A stretch of 64,000 bases of DNA. Origin: Paraspadella gotoi (taxonomy: Eukaryota > Animalia > Chaetognatha). The stretch spans positions 228,330 through 292,329 of the forward strand of contig JBJCIZ010000040.1 of NCBI GenBank assembly GCA_051294375.1, in the 5' to 3' direction. The notes beneath the pieces were generated by a model, which was given only the letters and a program-made list of their open reading frames with translations, was not told the DNA's origin and did no database searches. Position numbers and translations under genes: made by a program. This document shows, one piece after another, positions 53,501 to 61,292 of this stretch. Position 1 is the stretch's first letter. Every line of letters starts with the position of its first letter.

Positions 53501-56500
53501 GACAAATAAGTACGGTCAAAAATAAGATTTCGGCTGAGAGAGGAAAAGACTTACTGAGGCGAGCCATAATAGTTTACATAGAGTCTTCATCAATTATGAC
53601 AATCAATAATTTCTTACTCTTTAACATTAGGTTAGAGATAGAGAGAGACAGAAAAAAAGGGAGTTTCCAACAAATAATTGAGCAAGGGTACTTTTATTGA
53701 AATTCTTTTTTTTATGCTGACAACATTGCGCTTTTGTCACCAACAATAGCAGGTATGCAAACTCTAATAAATATCTGAAAACAAAAGTAATGTATTTTGG
53801 AAAACCTTACACAGACGTTCTTTCCCTTAACAGTAACCCTATAGAACTCGTTAATAAATGGACTTATCTTGGCTTTAACCTGAGTAGCGACAAGGGGTCC
53901 TTATTTGAACCTAGCAATCTAGTAATTGTTTAATTAATGCTTTGTATAAACCATCTGAAGAAGTTCTAATGAAATTGTTTTATACAAATTGTGTCCCTAT
54001 ACTACTATATGGCTGTGAGGTAAAATCTTTTTTGGCTAGAGACATGAACAGAATTAATGTTGCTATTAAAATATAGAAAAATATTCGGATTCAACTGATG
54101 GGAAAGCATTAGAGAGCTACGGACTTCATTTGGTTACTGTGATATTATTACCATGTTTAACCAGCATAAAAAGAACTTTATTTCTAAGATCTATAGTTCG
54201 AAAAATTTAGTTCTTAAAAGAATAATCGCATTCTTTAATGATTGAAATATTTTAATCGATAATTTGGACCTTTTTTGTCTGTGGTGGTGGTTTTCACGCA
54301 ATCTTTAACTTTGTTTTGTCTTTAGACTTAGCTGTGTTTTGATGCTCCTGTATGTACTGAATAAACCTTGTTGAATTCGAACTAAAACGCATATAATGAA
54401 CTACCAAAATCATAAGTACAGTAATAATTCTCCATATACTTTAGTATGACCCCGCTAATGCGGATAGATGGATAGACAGACAACTTTTTGGGGTAATATT
54501 TTTGAGATAAATTTGAAGCGGATTAAATTAAAAAATATTTTTAATTTTTGAACTTAACTCTTTTTTTATCATTTCAGTTCTAAGGAAGGAAACAAAATAT
54601 GCCCACCTTGTGAGCCTGGAACTTATGCAAATATTACTGGAAGTTTTAAATGTGTTAATTGTGATGAAGGCTATTACCAGTATAAAAAAGGTCAAACCGG
54701 CTGTTTTATATGCCAACCAGGAAGTTATTCAAAAACTGGCTCTGCAAATTGCACTTTATGTGAGAAAGGAACATTCCAAAAGTTACCTGGTCAAAATCAT
54801 TGCAAAAAATGTACACCAGGTACATTTTCTGACAAAGAGGGAATGACTTTTTGCAAAGCATGTCCTGCAAATACATATCAAAATTTGGAAAAACAGTCAA
54901 AATGTCGTCCCTGTGATCAGAATACAAGAAGCAAAAGAGGAAGCAGTCATTGTACAGCATGCAAAGCCGGTTTTGAAATTGGAAAAGTTACATTTGATGG
55001 TGAAGCTGGATCAAATGTTCCATCAGAGTATATGCACACACCTGAGTGTGCATTTACAGGAAAAAATTGTCCTACAGTAAGCTCCAAATATGAATTCCTC
55101 CCAGGAAGTTTTTTAAGTAAGTTTTACTATTGTATAAAAAAATACATATGAAATCGGTACAGTCCATCAAATTGGTACAACCAATATAAATATTATCACC
55201 TATATATTCACCTCCTCCTTGGGGACGCGTTCACGAGGTTCAGTTCACATTTCTTTCTCCTTCTAGCTTTTCCCCTTTTCCACCCTTAGGACTTTGTCGC
55301 CATATATATCAATATATAATTCTCCTGCATTCATGCGACTTTACTTCCGGTTAGTATACTTTTTCAAAGTGGTGCACATTGTGGGGCTCGAACGCACAAC
55401 TCCGGGATTAAGAGTATATATCAAATAAATATTATCGCCAACCCCACCTGTTTCTTATTAAGATTGTGACCCCCTCTAATTAGATTACAAGAAAGTATTG
55501 CTAACATAGGGCTGGACAATAGCAAAACTTAAATTGGTACAACCAATATAAAAATTATCCATTCATTTAATAAATAAGGTGGTTTAAGGCCTCCATCACA
55601 CTTACAAGATACTAACATAGCAGGTTTCTGCAAGCTTTCAATCAAGACTCTCACACAGTCTTGTTTATTCACTCCCAGAGTACCTGGCTTCCCTATCAAG
55701 GACATCGCAAGGGAATCAAACTCAAGAAACGAAATTGAATCAACGACTCGCCGGAAGTAGAATGCAACCCTCTCATTGGCCAGGAGACAAATAGCACCAG
55801 CCAATGATCAGATTGGTTTCCATCTGCCAAGGATTTTTACCCTTACCTATCTGATGGGACTGTATAAATTGGAACCAAAAATTGTATTGATTCACTCTGC
55901 CTGTAATTTGACACCATCTTGTTTATTGTTTATCTTCTGAGAATAATATCCCATTCTGGTTTCATATTGAAATCCCTGTCTACTTACTTAAATGTGGGGG
56001 CAGCGGTAGGATTCGAACCCACGCCTCCCATGAGACTTAAATGATGAAGTGGCATAATATTTCAAAGAAAGTTTCAATTGTATGAAAAGACCACTCTCTT
56101 AAGTCTTAGATTGGGGAATATTATATTGTACTCCACCCAGCATCAAAATACAAGAAGCTGAATTTAATGGAATTGGTACAACCAATATAAAAATTATCCA
56201 TTCATTTAATAAATAAGCTATCTTGCCCCTGACTTTGGACAGGCTTTGGTGGTTTAAGGCCTCCATCACTTTTACAAGATAATGACATAGCAGGTCCTTG
56301 CAAGCTTTCAATCAAGATTCTCTCACAGTCGAGTTTATTCACTCCCAGAGTACCTGGCTTCCCTATCAATGAAATGGCATAATATTTCAAAGAAAGTTTA
56401 TATGATAGAGTAGCTTTGCGAGAACTCTCGAAGTAACTAAAAACTAAATTTTGGCTAAAAATAATATTTTTTTCTACAGAGCCAAAAGGTTATAGTAGTT

Positions 56501-56574
56501 TTAACAAACGGGTTCTCAGTCTTGAAGACCGGGCGGAGCGTGCAGAACTGGAAGAAGATATACTCTCAAGGTAA
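998..56574 (+). CDS. Multi-exon gene (10 exons, ~1761 aa): secreted MACPF/perforin-domain protein with a very long Cys-rich repeat C-terminus
   Basis: All nine predicted introns are GT-AG and phase-matched (2,1,1,2,1,0,0,2,1). Exon lengths sum to 5286 nt, divisible by 3, with no internal stop. MACPF signature YGSHYVHSAEFGG at 6637-6675. Cys repeats stay in register across exon junctions. Confidence 0.85.
1745..3260 (+). mobile_element. Degraded non-LTR (LINE) ORF2 fragments, interrupted by other insertions
   Basis: APE-endonuclease-like NVSDHYPV near 1825, WNNKLSELKKES, and IDGLFDDNKIDNHFSSNFNSVYDDFNA (3152-3240), which resembles 52877-53000. Confidence 0.55.
2275..2370. mobile_element. MITE-like terminal sequence; related copy in opposite orientation at about 640-740
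   Basis: TTAAGGAAGATTTTTTTCAATGGAGATTT...AAACGCCCCTGGGG is the reverse complement of CCAGGGGCGTTT...AATCTCCATTGAAAAAATCTTCCTT. Confidence 0.45.
3959..3999 (+). CDS. Exon 2: 41-nt micro-exon (K)DEMKWQSENKNLE
   Basis: Acceptor ttttatcttacag|G and donor AG|GTAACC; bridges phase 2 of exon 1 to phase 1 of exon 3 with no stop. Confidence 0.55.
4619..5443 (+). mobile_element. DINE-1/Helentron-like non-autonomous element (HINE), degenerate copy
   Basis: 5' ttttagttagatctgcttatcacagat, (GTCT/GTCC)n, (ATTG)n, 3' AGATCCGACATTGTTTGCTC; the same family recurs at least 7 times in the window. Confidence 0.65.
5477..7087 (+). CDS. Exon 3: acidic pro-region plus MACPF domain
   Basis: ORF 5542-7158 stays open upstream to acceptor gattag|GT. 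Motifs FIGVGFDG, LSESFLKDYLNLP, YQKFILRYGSHYVHSAEFGG, QGGDP, WITSIPNYIKPFEFQL. Donor AG|GTAAGT. Confidence 0.92.
7856..7895 (-). ncRNA. Variant minimal hammerhead-like motif in PLE pseudo-LTR
   Basis: CCA CUGAAAA U GACAUA gaaacu UAUGUC GAAA UAUA UGG; stems I and II pair, core position G8 is A. Confidence 0.5.
10077..10116 (+). ncRNA. Variant minimal hammerhead-like motif (inverted copy)
   Basis: Identical to the 7856-7895 motif. Confidence 0.5.
10886..11049 (+). repeat. Gypsy 5' LTR
   Basis: TGTAGTGCC...GTTCCTAAA; 3 substitutions relative to the 3' LTR; contains AATAAA. Confidence 0.92.
11325..12179 (+). CDS. gag: Gypsy Gag
   Basis: Intact 284-aa ORF; IKLPPF...W N-terminal motif, RGRGRG tract, CxxHxxFGxxAxxCxxxC zinc knuckle. 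Confidence 0.85.
   Translation: MATDSATAAAAAAAAAATIPRPFPIKLPPFDANDVEMWIADAKFVFRAAGCRDPGTQFAHICQAIPTEHRRSLREFWISDVEIDQARLNAFYVRIRSVFGLKSRERASAVLDGIELGGRRPSQAAEEINSAVDRVSKEDLKKELFLRALPPSVRNSIVSDTESKTLRELATAADGHFDAHGNLRDKTPDTSAPTDNSNITNQRVPVSAAFSSFNRGRQRWRGRGRGRGRDSSEFFGNNSPRINQSFSQVSSLCGYHRNFGNNARQCAPGCQRFKQGNGNAGARV
12149..14404 (+). pseudogene. pol: Gypsy Pol, 5' part (protease, RT, RNase H, integrase zinc finger), with frameshifts after 13550
   Basis: LVDGGA protease, WASPLHVV..K, DYRRLN, KIDLMKGYHQ, PFGLKNA, YLDD, VDASD, NVVADALSR, HPG...CLTC, HIDIVGP. Confidence 0.92.
14405..21888 (+). mobile_element. BEL/Pao LTR retrotransposon (degraded, RT region apparently deleted)
   Basis: ~745-bp LTRs at 14405-15149 and about 21149-21888, 5-bp TSD gctat/gttat, PPT GGCGGGGG near 21140. 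Confidence 0.92.
15403..20935 (+). pseudogene. BEL/Pao Gag-Pol polyprotein with many frameshifts and stops
   Basis: Coiled-coil 33-bp repeats at 16040-16190, Cys/His knuckles at 17550-17760, ALLDT protease, RTIWGW, LHIFVDASSVAYGAAAY, AKARVTP, GVDLFGPF, WSDNGTNF, PHWGGAWESLV, DEFWKRWRYEY. Confidence 0.88.
21894..22867 (+). pseudogene. pol: Gypsy Pol, 3' part (integrase core and GPY/F region)
   Basis: DRFSRWPEA, TTDRGPQF, TTAYHPQANGTIERFHRSLK, PLQSPYDGPY; directly continues ...LLTAI from 14404. Confidence 0.9.
23048..23211 (+). repeat. Gypsy 3' LTR
   Basis: TGTAGTGCC...GTTCCTACA, preceded by a polypurine tract. Confidence 0.92.
23364..25101 (+). CDS. Exon 4: end of MACPF (EIQSLL), unassigned domain, FAMeT-like beta domain, furin-like Cys module, first Cys repeats
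   Basis: Acceptor tttttttacag|AA gives ...FQLR-E-IQSLL in frame with ORF 23390-25105; donor AG|GTGACA. Confidence 0.9.
25801..25960 (-). mobile_element. Tc1/mariner transposase C-terminal fragment
   Basis: Minus-strand translation ...SYLNLLYKSIPRQRQAVVDAEEGYTKY-stop matches the Tc1 C-terminal pattern SMPRR..AVI...GG.TKY. Confidence 0.6.
26090..26990 (+). mobile_element. Penelope-like element 3' fragment (GIY-YIG endonuclease plus pseudo-LTR remnant)
   Basis: GIYSFRCSCSPKARYIGETCRSFETRMAEHKRA...SGLTQHREHC...LRVEEALWIR at 26370-26630, then CT-rich tail and a degenerate hammerhead-like stretch at about 26866-26906. Confidence 0.8.
27697..27740 (-). ncRNA. Minimal type I hammerhead ribozyme (intact core)
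   Basis: ACG CUGAUGA A GACUC gaaaaaugaa GAGUC GAAA CAUGUC CGU. Confidence 0.75.
28282..28324 (+). ncRNA. Degenerate minimal hammerhead (GAAA changed to GAGA, stem II damaged)
   Basis: ACGCTGATGAAGATGCGAAAATGGGGAGTCGAGACATGTCCGT. Confidence 0.5.
31409..31926 (+). CDS. Exon 5: Cys-rich repeats (GCC2_GCC3/ephrin-receptor-like/TNFR-A1-like)
   Basis: Acceptor ggtaacag|T yields CLPGTFTSEKASIIC, matching the 15-residue C-to-C spacing of neighbouring units; donor AG|GTAAAT. Confidence 0.85.
32279..32364 (+). CDS. Exon 6: Cys-rich repeat GSISLKSCIECESGSFTNEEGSTGCTLCP
   Basis: Acceptor tttttttcag|GT, donor CCA|GTAAGT, phases 1 and 0 match neighbours; too short for the ORF track. Confidence 0.88.
32478..32990 (+). 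mobile_element. HINE (DINE-1-like) 5' portion
   Basis: TTTTAGTCGGATCGGCTTATCACAGATTCCGAC hairpin, (GTCC)n, family core sequence. Confidence 0.65.
33852..34165. repeat. 18-bp minisatellite (TGGTCAACTGRCATAATT)n inside a HINE
   Basis: About 17 tandem degenerate units. Confidence 0.9.
34440..34479 (-). ncRNA. Minimal hammerhead in PLE pseudo-LTR, GAAA mutated to AAAA
   Basis: GCA CUGAUGA A GGCUU gaauga AAGCC AAAA CUUGUC UGU. Confidence 0.55.
36875..37066. other. Assembly gap (192 N) inside the PLE RT
   Basis: Run of N; RT motifs continue on both sides. Confidence 0.99.
37376..40336. mobile_element. hAT-like MITE containing a HINE insertion
   Basis: TIRs TAAGGCGTAGTAAAA / TTTCACTATGCCTTA; perfect 8-bp TSD gtattcac (37368-37375, 40337-40344); empty copies at 58600 and 61293. 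Confidence 0.85.
37709..40065 (+). mobile_element. HINE inserted in a T-run of the MITE
   Basis: Family core, (GTCC)n, (ATTG)n, 18-bp minisatellite at 38085-38420, 3' end GGCAGATCCGACATTGTTTGCT at about 40036-40058. Confidence 0.75.
41217..41256 (+). ncRNA. Minimal type I hammerhead ribozyme (intact core)
   Basis: GCA CUGAUGA A GGCUU gaauga AAGCC GAAA CUUGUC UGU. Confidence 0.78.
41776..42121 (-). mobile_element. Solo PLE pseudo-LTR / retrozyme-like insert
   Basis: Flanked by direct repeat ataatttatc (41766-41775, 42122-42131); contains a hammerhead and (GA)n. Confidence 0.7.
41827..41866 (-). ncRNA. Minimal type I hammerhead ribozyme (intact core)
   Basis: GCG CUGAAGA A GACUC guaugu GAGUC GAAA CAUGUC CGU. 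Confidence 0.75.
42785..43012 (+). CDS. Exon 7: Cys-rich repeats
   Basis: ORF 42779-43033; acceptor tttgcag|CCT; donor AAA|GTAAGT. Confidence 0.88.
43799..46483. mobile_element. Foldback-type non-autonomous DNA transposon, CACGG...CCGTG ends (P-like?)
   Basis: 43799-44060 is inverted at about 46222-46483, and 44060-44355 at about 45660-45960; flanks atagtat / atagtaa. Confidence 0.75.
47176..47688 (+). mobile_element. Solo PLE pseudo-LTR / retrozyme-like insert
   Basis: 12-bp direct repeat gcataatttatc (47164-47175, 47689-47700), (CT)n, hammerhead. Confidence 0.72.
47561..47600 (+). ncRNA. Minimal type I hammerhead ribozyme (intact core)
   Basis: UG CUGAUGA A GGCUU gaguugu AAGCC GAAA CAUGUC CA. 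Confidence 0.75.
47817..48472 (+). repeat. 18/19-bp minisatellite (AAAAAATGATGCAAGTTG)n plus HINE 3' end
   Basis: About 27 degenerate units at 47820-48330, then AGGCAGATCCGACATTGTTTGCTC at about 48445-48470. Confidence 0.8.
48811..49080 (-). mobile_element. tRNA-derived SINE
   Basis: Minus strand: A-box-like TAGCGCACTGG, B-box-like GTGTTCTCGTCC, ~200 bp GC-rich body, poly-A tail (T10 at 48811-48820). Confidence 0.6.
49235..50290 (+). repeat. Dispersed ~1 kb repeat; second copy at about 44575-45620
   Basis: Co-linear similarity, e.g. ttttgacacgc..aacgtttct, cattaagtcagtcaatga, tcccatgattagggctttaatttgatacca. Confidence 0.8.
50663..50916. repeat. 126-bp direct tandem duplication just upstream of exon 8
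   Basis: Unit aaaatctaacatcataag...ccaacc(a/g)gttgattt present twice, one mismatch. Confidence 0.9.
50978..51330 (+). CDS. Exon 8: Cys-rich repeats
   Basis: Acceptor poly-T cag|AGT in frame with ORF 51050-51334; donor AG|GTGAAA. Confidence 0.88.
52245..53580. repeat. Two diverged, oppositely oriented copies of a ~400-bp repeat (about 52245-52635 and 53170-53580)
   Basis: acgcttgatatcgcgagcatgaaataacaag versus cttgtatttcacgctcgcgacgtcaagcgt; tcctcacgcgttcggcc versus ggccaaacgcgtgagga. Confidence 0.6.
52877..54380 (+). mobile_element. Degraded LINE ORF2 (RT) fragments, interrupted by a PLE tail (about 53095-53685)
   Basis: IDG...IANHF (52877), YADNIALLSPTIAGMQ (about 53713), WTYLG, KPSEEVLMKLFYTNCVPILLYGCE. 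Confidence 0.75.
54578..55116 (+). CDS. Exon 9: Cys-rich repeats and start of non-repeat C-terminal segment
   Basis: Acceptor atttcag|T, open frame continuing into ORF 54843-55151; donor A|GTAAGT at 55117. Confidence 0.87.
55370..55415 (-). pseudogene. tRNA-Lys(CTT)-like 3' half including CCA
   Basis: Reverse complement ACTCTTAATCCCGGAGTTGTGCGTTCGAGCCCCACAATGTGCACCA: anticodon loop CTCTTAA, T-loop GTTCGAG; no 5' half. Confidence 0.55.
55995..56037 (-). pseudogene. tRNA-Leu-like 3' half including CCA
   Basis: Reverse complement AGTCTCATGGGAGGCGTGGGTTCGAATCCTACCGCTGCCCCCA: long variable arm plus T arm typical of tRNA-Leu; no 5' half. Confidence 0.6.
56480..56574 (+). CDS. Exon 10: KPKGYSSFNKRVLSLEDRAERAELEEDILSR-stop (or spliced onward at 56570)
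   Basis: Acceptor tttctacag|AG, phase 1 matches exon 9, GC-richer than flanks; ends AG|GTAAAA, which is both a possible donor and an in-frame AGG TAA. Confidence 0.65.
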
Positions 56575-58599
56575 AACAAAAAAATGCAATGTTTTCTTTT
56601 TAAACTAAAATCCATGAAAAAATTTTTATAAGTTTTAAAAAAAATTCATTTTAAATTCCATTTTGTGGACATTGCCTTTAAGTTTACAAGATAAAAAAAC
56701 ATAGTTAATTTATTTTAGTTGATGTTGTAAAAACTTTATTCATGTTAAAATATAATTTGTACATTTGATAATTCTAACTATTATTGATTTCTCTATATCT
56801 CTCTCTTTTTGTTGTTTCCTTTTCATTCATTTCCATCACTCTCTCATATTTTTAACTTCAGCTTTCCTTACCTCTGACCTTTATCAGTCTTTGTTGGAAA
56901 TTAATATCCTTCTCTCTCTCTCTTTCTTTCTTTCTTTTTTTCTCTTAAACTAAATAAATATAAACAGATTTGCAGTAATGAAGAAAAACATTTATACAAA
57001 ATCAAGTCCTTTTTTTAAATGAATCTGTCAGTTTATTATCTAAAAATTAAATTTAAAAGACAAAAACAATTTTTTATTATGACAAAGTTGAAACAGATAG
57101 TTTTGCTTCTGCTCATTGTAACTTATATAGTAAATCAGTTTTTTTTTGTTTTAATGTCATTACAAGCACATTTAAGTAGATAATATGAACATTTGTTTAC
57201 ACATTGGAGTTGCTGTGCAAAATAGGAATCAAAGTTTGATTTTTAGTTGGATCAGCAGATTCCGACTCTATAATTCACTTTGTCGGTCCGTCGGTCCGCC
57301 CCCTCAATCTTGTCGAGTATTCACTTATATCATGTCAGAACATCTAATTATGATAAATTATGCAAAAAAATTGATGTCCGTTTGTCTGTCTGTCTGTCTG
57401 TCTGTCCATCTGTCTGTCTGTCAGTCAGTCCGTTCCACCTTAGAAAGAAAAACTCCAATTACTCGTGATTGGATGGATGGATTGGAATGAGAATTTGTGT
57501 GTGGGTAGGAAAGTGTGTGATTAAGGTAGAAATCAGGTTTCGATGGAATCATCTGGGTAGTGATTCAAAACTTAGAAAATCCGTATCACTTCATCTTTTT
57601 TTATTTTGTGACGCATTGGGTGTATTTAAAGAAAAAAAATTAATTGAAGATACTTAACCAGACCTTAACTTGCGACAATAACTGCTGCAAAAACCACTCC
57701 TGCCACAGCACCCAAAAGAATCACAGCTGCTCTTTTTAAACACTTCTTATAGATTGAGCCACAGCTCGTAGACGATTTACCCTACGCCATTGATATTTTG
57801 ATTGAAAGTCATATGGGTCTCCCCCTTTAAAACGCCCTAGTAAGCACAGTTTAGGGGAATTAGATGTGGATATTATCAAGCCCGAAAATCATTCAGTATT
57901 TATCTTTCATCTGATGCTGCAGTAGATTGCATTTGGCAATTTACTGCAATTTACTACATCAGTTATTGATTTCACAAGCTCACAGAGATGGCACTCAACC
58001 AGAGTTGCCACTACAGTGTGAACTTAAAAAAATTTTACAGCATCTTAAAATTGCTTTTATTAATTGAGGTTAAAATAGGTCTTGTTAAACTGCAGCAGTA
58101 AAGATAGTAAAGATAAGATGTCCTAGTAAATATTTCTAAATGGAGTTTTTCATTTACTCTCATTAGATTCTTCTTTTAGCATAGAAATGGTTGGCATAGT
58201 TGGCATAGTTGGCATATTGTTGGTTTTGGGTATGCTACAATTGCTACCTGCAGCATCCTTATAAATGGTCCTAATCGACTCGGGCATGAGCGCAAGGTTT
58301 CCTGACTTAGAATAGTAGTTATTCCTTTTCTTAATAGCCTTCTTAATAATATAACATACTGCTAAAAAACAATAACATATTTAGTGGTAGTGTTAAGCTC
58401 TAAACCGACGCAGAGAAAATTCAACCAATGTTGCATTCTTTTTAGTACCGCAGCGTATTGTACGAACATGAGAAAAATATCAGAAAGAGAAAACATCAGT
58501 GATTATTTTAGTTTATTATAAAAAGACAATCAATAAATTTTTGCCTATAAAATCTGATGGTAAATACTATTCTAAGTTTTTGTTCACTACCCTGTATAT

Positions 58600-59213
58600 T
58601 AAGGCGTAGTAAAATTTCTAAATTTAACTTTAAATTAAAATTCTAAAAGTGAGGAACGAACAACATTATACTAATGAACATTTATGTAATAAAAAAAATT
58701 ATAATAAATTTTACAATATACGCAGTAGGCCATATTTATACTAGTACTAAACCAATAAATGTTAAAATTTCAAAACAGTTTTTTCTAAGATTTTTTTGCA
58801 GATTCAGATTCGTCATAAAAAGTTGATAAAAAGAAATCTAACTCTTTTTGAAAAATTCCTTCATTAAGTGGGTCAAAAATTAGAAAAAGCTATATTTTAA
58901 GCTGAAATTAACTTTTTATATTTTAAATATAGTTTTTTTAATTTTTAACCCACTTAATGAAAGAATTTTTAAAAATGATTTTATATTTTCTTTTATCAAC
59001 TTTTGACGAGGAATTCAAATCTGCAATTAAAATTAAGAAAAGCCTATTTCGAAATTTTTTCGATTTATAAGGATAGTACTATATATAAATATAGCCTACT
59101 GCGAAAATTAAAAAACATAAAATTAATTTTTTTACAAATTAATGTTCACTGATGGTATGTTGTTCATAATTGACTTGTTTAAAATTTTTGTATGTAACTT
59201 TCACTACGCCTTA
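58600..59213. mobile_element. Intact 614-bp hAT-like MITE
   Basis: TIRs TAAGGCGTAGTAAA / TTCACTACGCCTTA; perfect 8-bp TSD ctgtatat. Confidence 0.88.
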
Positions 59214-61292
59214 CTGTATATGATTCAGCTGGATACAAATTTTTATTGGAATCGTAGGAGTGGAAAAAAGTTTAAATTAAGAAAACAAAAGACACGTTTA
59301 TTTGAATTTTTAAAAGTTTCTTTCTATCTCTCTCTTATCAATTGATTGATTGATTGATTGATTTAGTTAAATGATTGATTGATATTTTTAGTCGGATCTG
59401 CTTATCAGCAGATCCCGACAAAGAAGAGAGAATTGTAAAAACTTTATTCATGTAAAATATAATTTGTACATTTGATAATTCTAACATATTATTGATTTCT
59501 CTATATCTCTCTCTTTTTGTTGTTTCCTTTTCATTCATTTCCATCACTCTCTCATATTTTTTAACTTCAGCTTTCCTTACCTCTGACCTTTATCAGTCTT
59601 TGTTGGAAATTAATATCCTTCTCTCTCTCTCTTTCTTTCTTTCTTTTTTTCTCTTAAACTAAATAAATATAACAGATTTGCAGTAATGAAGAAAAACATT
59701 TATACAAAATCAAGTCCTTTTTTTAAATGAATCTGTCAGTTTATTATCTAAAAATTAAATTTAAAGACAAAAACAATTTTTTATTATGACAAAGTTGAAA
59801 CAGATAGTTTTGTCTTCTGCTCATTGTAACTTATATAGTAAATCAGTTTTTTTTGTTTAATGTCATTACAAGCACATTTAAGTAGAATAATAGAAATTTG
59901 TTTACACATTGGGTTGCTGTGCAAAATAGGAATCAAAGTTTGATTTTTAGTTGATCAGCAGATTCCGACTCTATAATTCACTTTTGTCGGTCCGTCGGTC
60001 GCCCCCTCAATCTTGTCGAGTATTCACTTATATCATGTCAGAACATCTAATTATGATAAATTATGCAAAAAAATTGATGTCCGTTTGTCTGTCTGTCTGT
60101 CTGTCTGTCCATCTGTCTGTCTGTCAGTCAGTCCGTTCCACCTTAGAAAGAAAAACTCCAATTACTCGTGATTGGATGGATGGATTGGAATGAGAATTTG
60201 TGTGTGGGTAGGAAATGTGTGATTAAGGTAGAAATCAGGTTTCGATGGAATCATCTGGGTAGTGATTCAAAACTTAGAAAATCCGTATCACTTCATCTTT
60301 TTTTATTTTGTGACGCATTGGGTGTATTTAAAGAAAAAAATTAATTGAAGATATTAACCAGACCTTAACTTGCGACAATAACTGCTGCAAAAACCACTCC
60401 TGCCACAGCACCCAAAAGAATCACAGCTGCTCTTTTTAAACACTTCTTATAGATTGAGCCACAGCTCGTAGACGATTTACCCTACGCCATTGATATTTTG
60501 ATTGAAAGTCATATGGGTCTCCTCCCTTTAAAACGCCCTAGTAAGCACAGTTTAGGGGAATTAGATGTGGATATTATCAAGCCCGAAAATCATTCAGTAT
60601 TTATCTTTCATCTGATGCTGCAGTAGATTGCATTTGGCAATTTACTGCAATTACTACATCAGTTATTGATTTCACAAGCTCACAGAGATGGCACTCAACC
60701 AGAGTTGCCACTACAGTGTGAACTTAAAAAATTTTACAGCATCTTAAATTTGCTTTTATTAATTGAGGTTAAAATAGGTCTTGTTAAACTGCAGCAGTAA
60801 AGATAGTAAAGATAAGATGTCCTAGTAATATTTCTAAATGGAGTTTTTCATTTACTCTCATTAGATTCTTTTTTAGCATAGAAATGGTTGGCATAGTTGG
60901 CATATTGGCTATTGTTGTTTTGGGTATGCTACAATTGCTAAACCTGCAGCATCCTTATAAATGGTCCTAATCGACTCGGGCATGAGCGCAAGGTTTCTGA
61001 CTTAGAATAGTAGTTATTCCTTTTCTTAATAGCCTTCTTATAATATAACATACTGCTAAAAACAAATAACATATTTAGTGGTAGTGTTAAGCTCTAAACC
61101 GACGCAGAGAAAATTCAACCAATGTTGCATTCTTTTTAGTACCGCAGCGTATTGTACGAACATGAGAAAATATCAGAAAGAGAAAACATCAGTGATTATT
61201 TTAGTTTATTATAAAAAGACAATCAATAAATTTTTGCCTATAAAATTGATGGTAAATACTATTCTAAGTTTTTTGTTCACTACCCTGTATAT

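Noticed and set aside
55370-56037. Functional tRNA genes (also 33325-33380 and the head of 48811-49080)
   Set aside because: Only partial cloverleaves: 5' halves missing or stems broken
55529-56390. Duplicated minus-strand ORFs (SLIGKPGTLGVNK...)
   Set aside because: Short, frames not conserved between the two copies, no known motif; part of a rearranged repeat block
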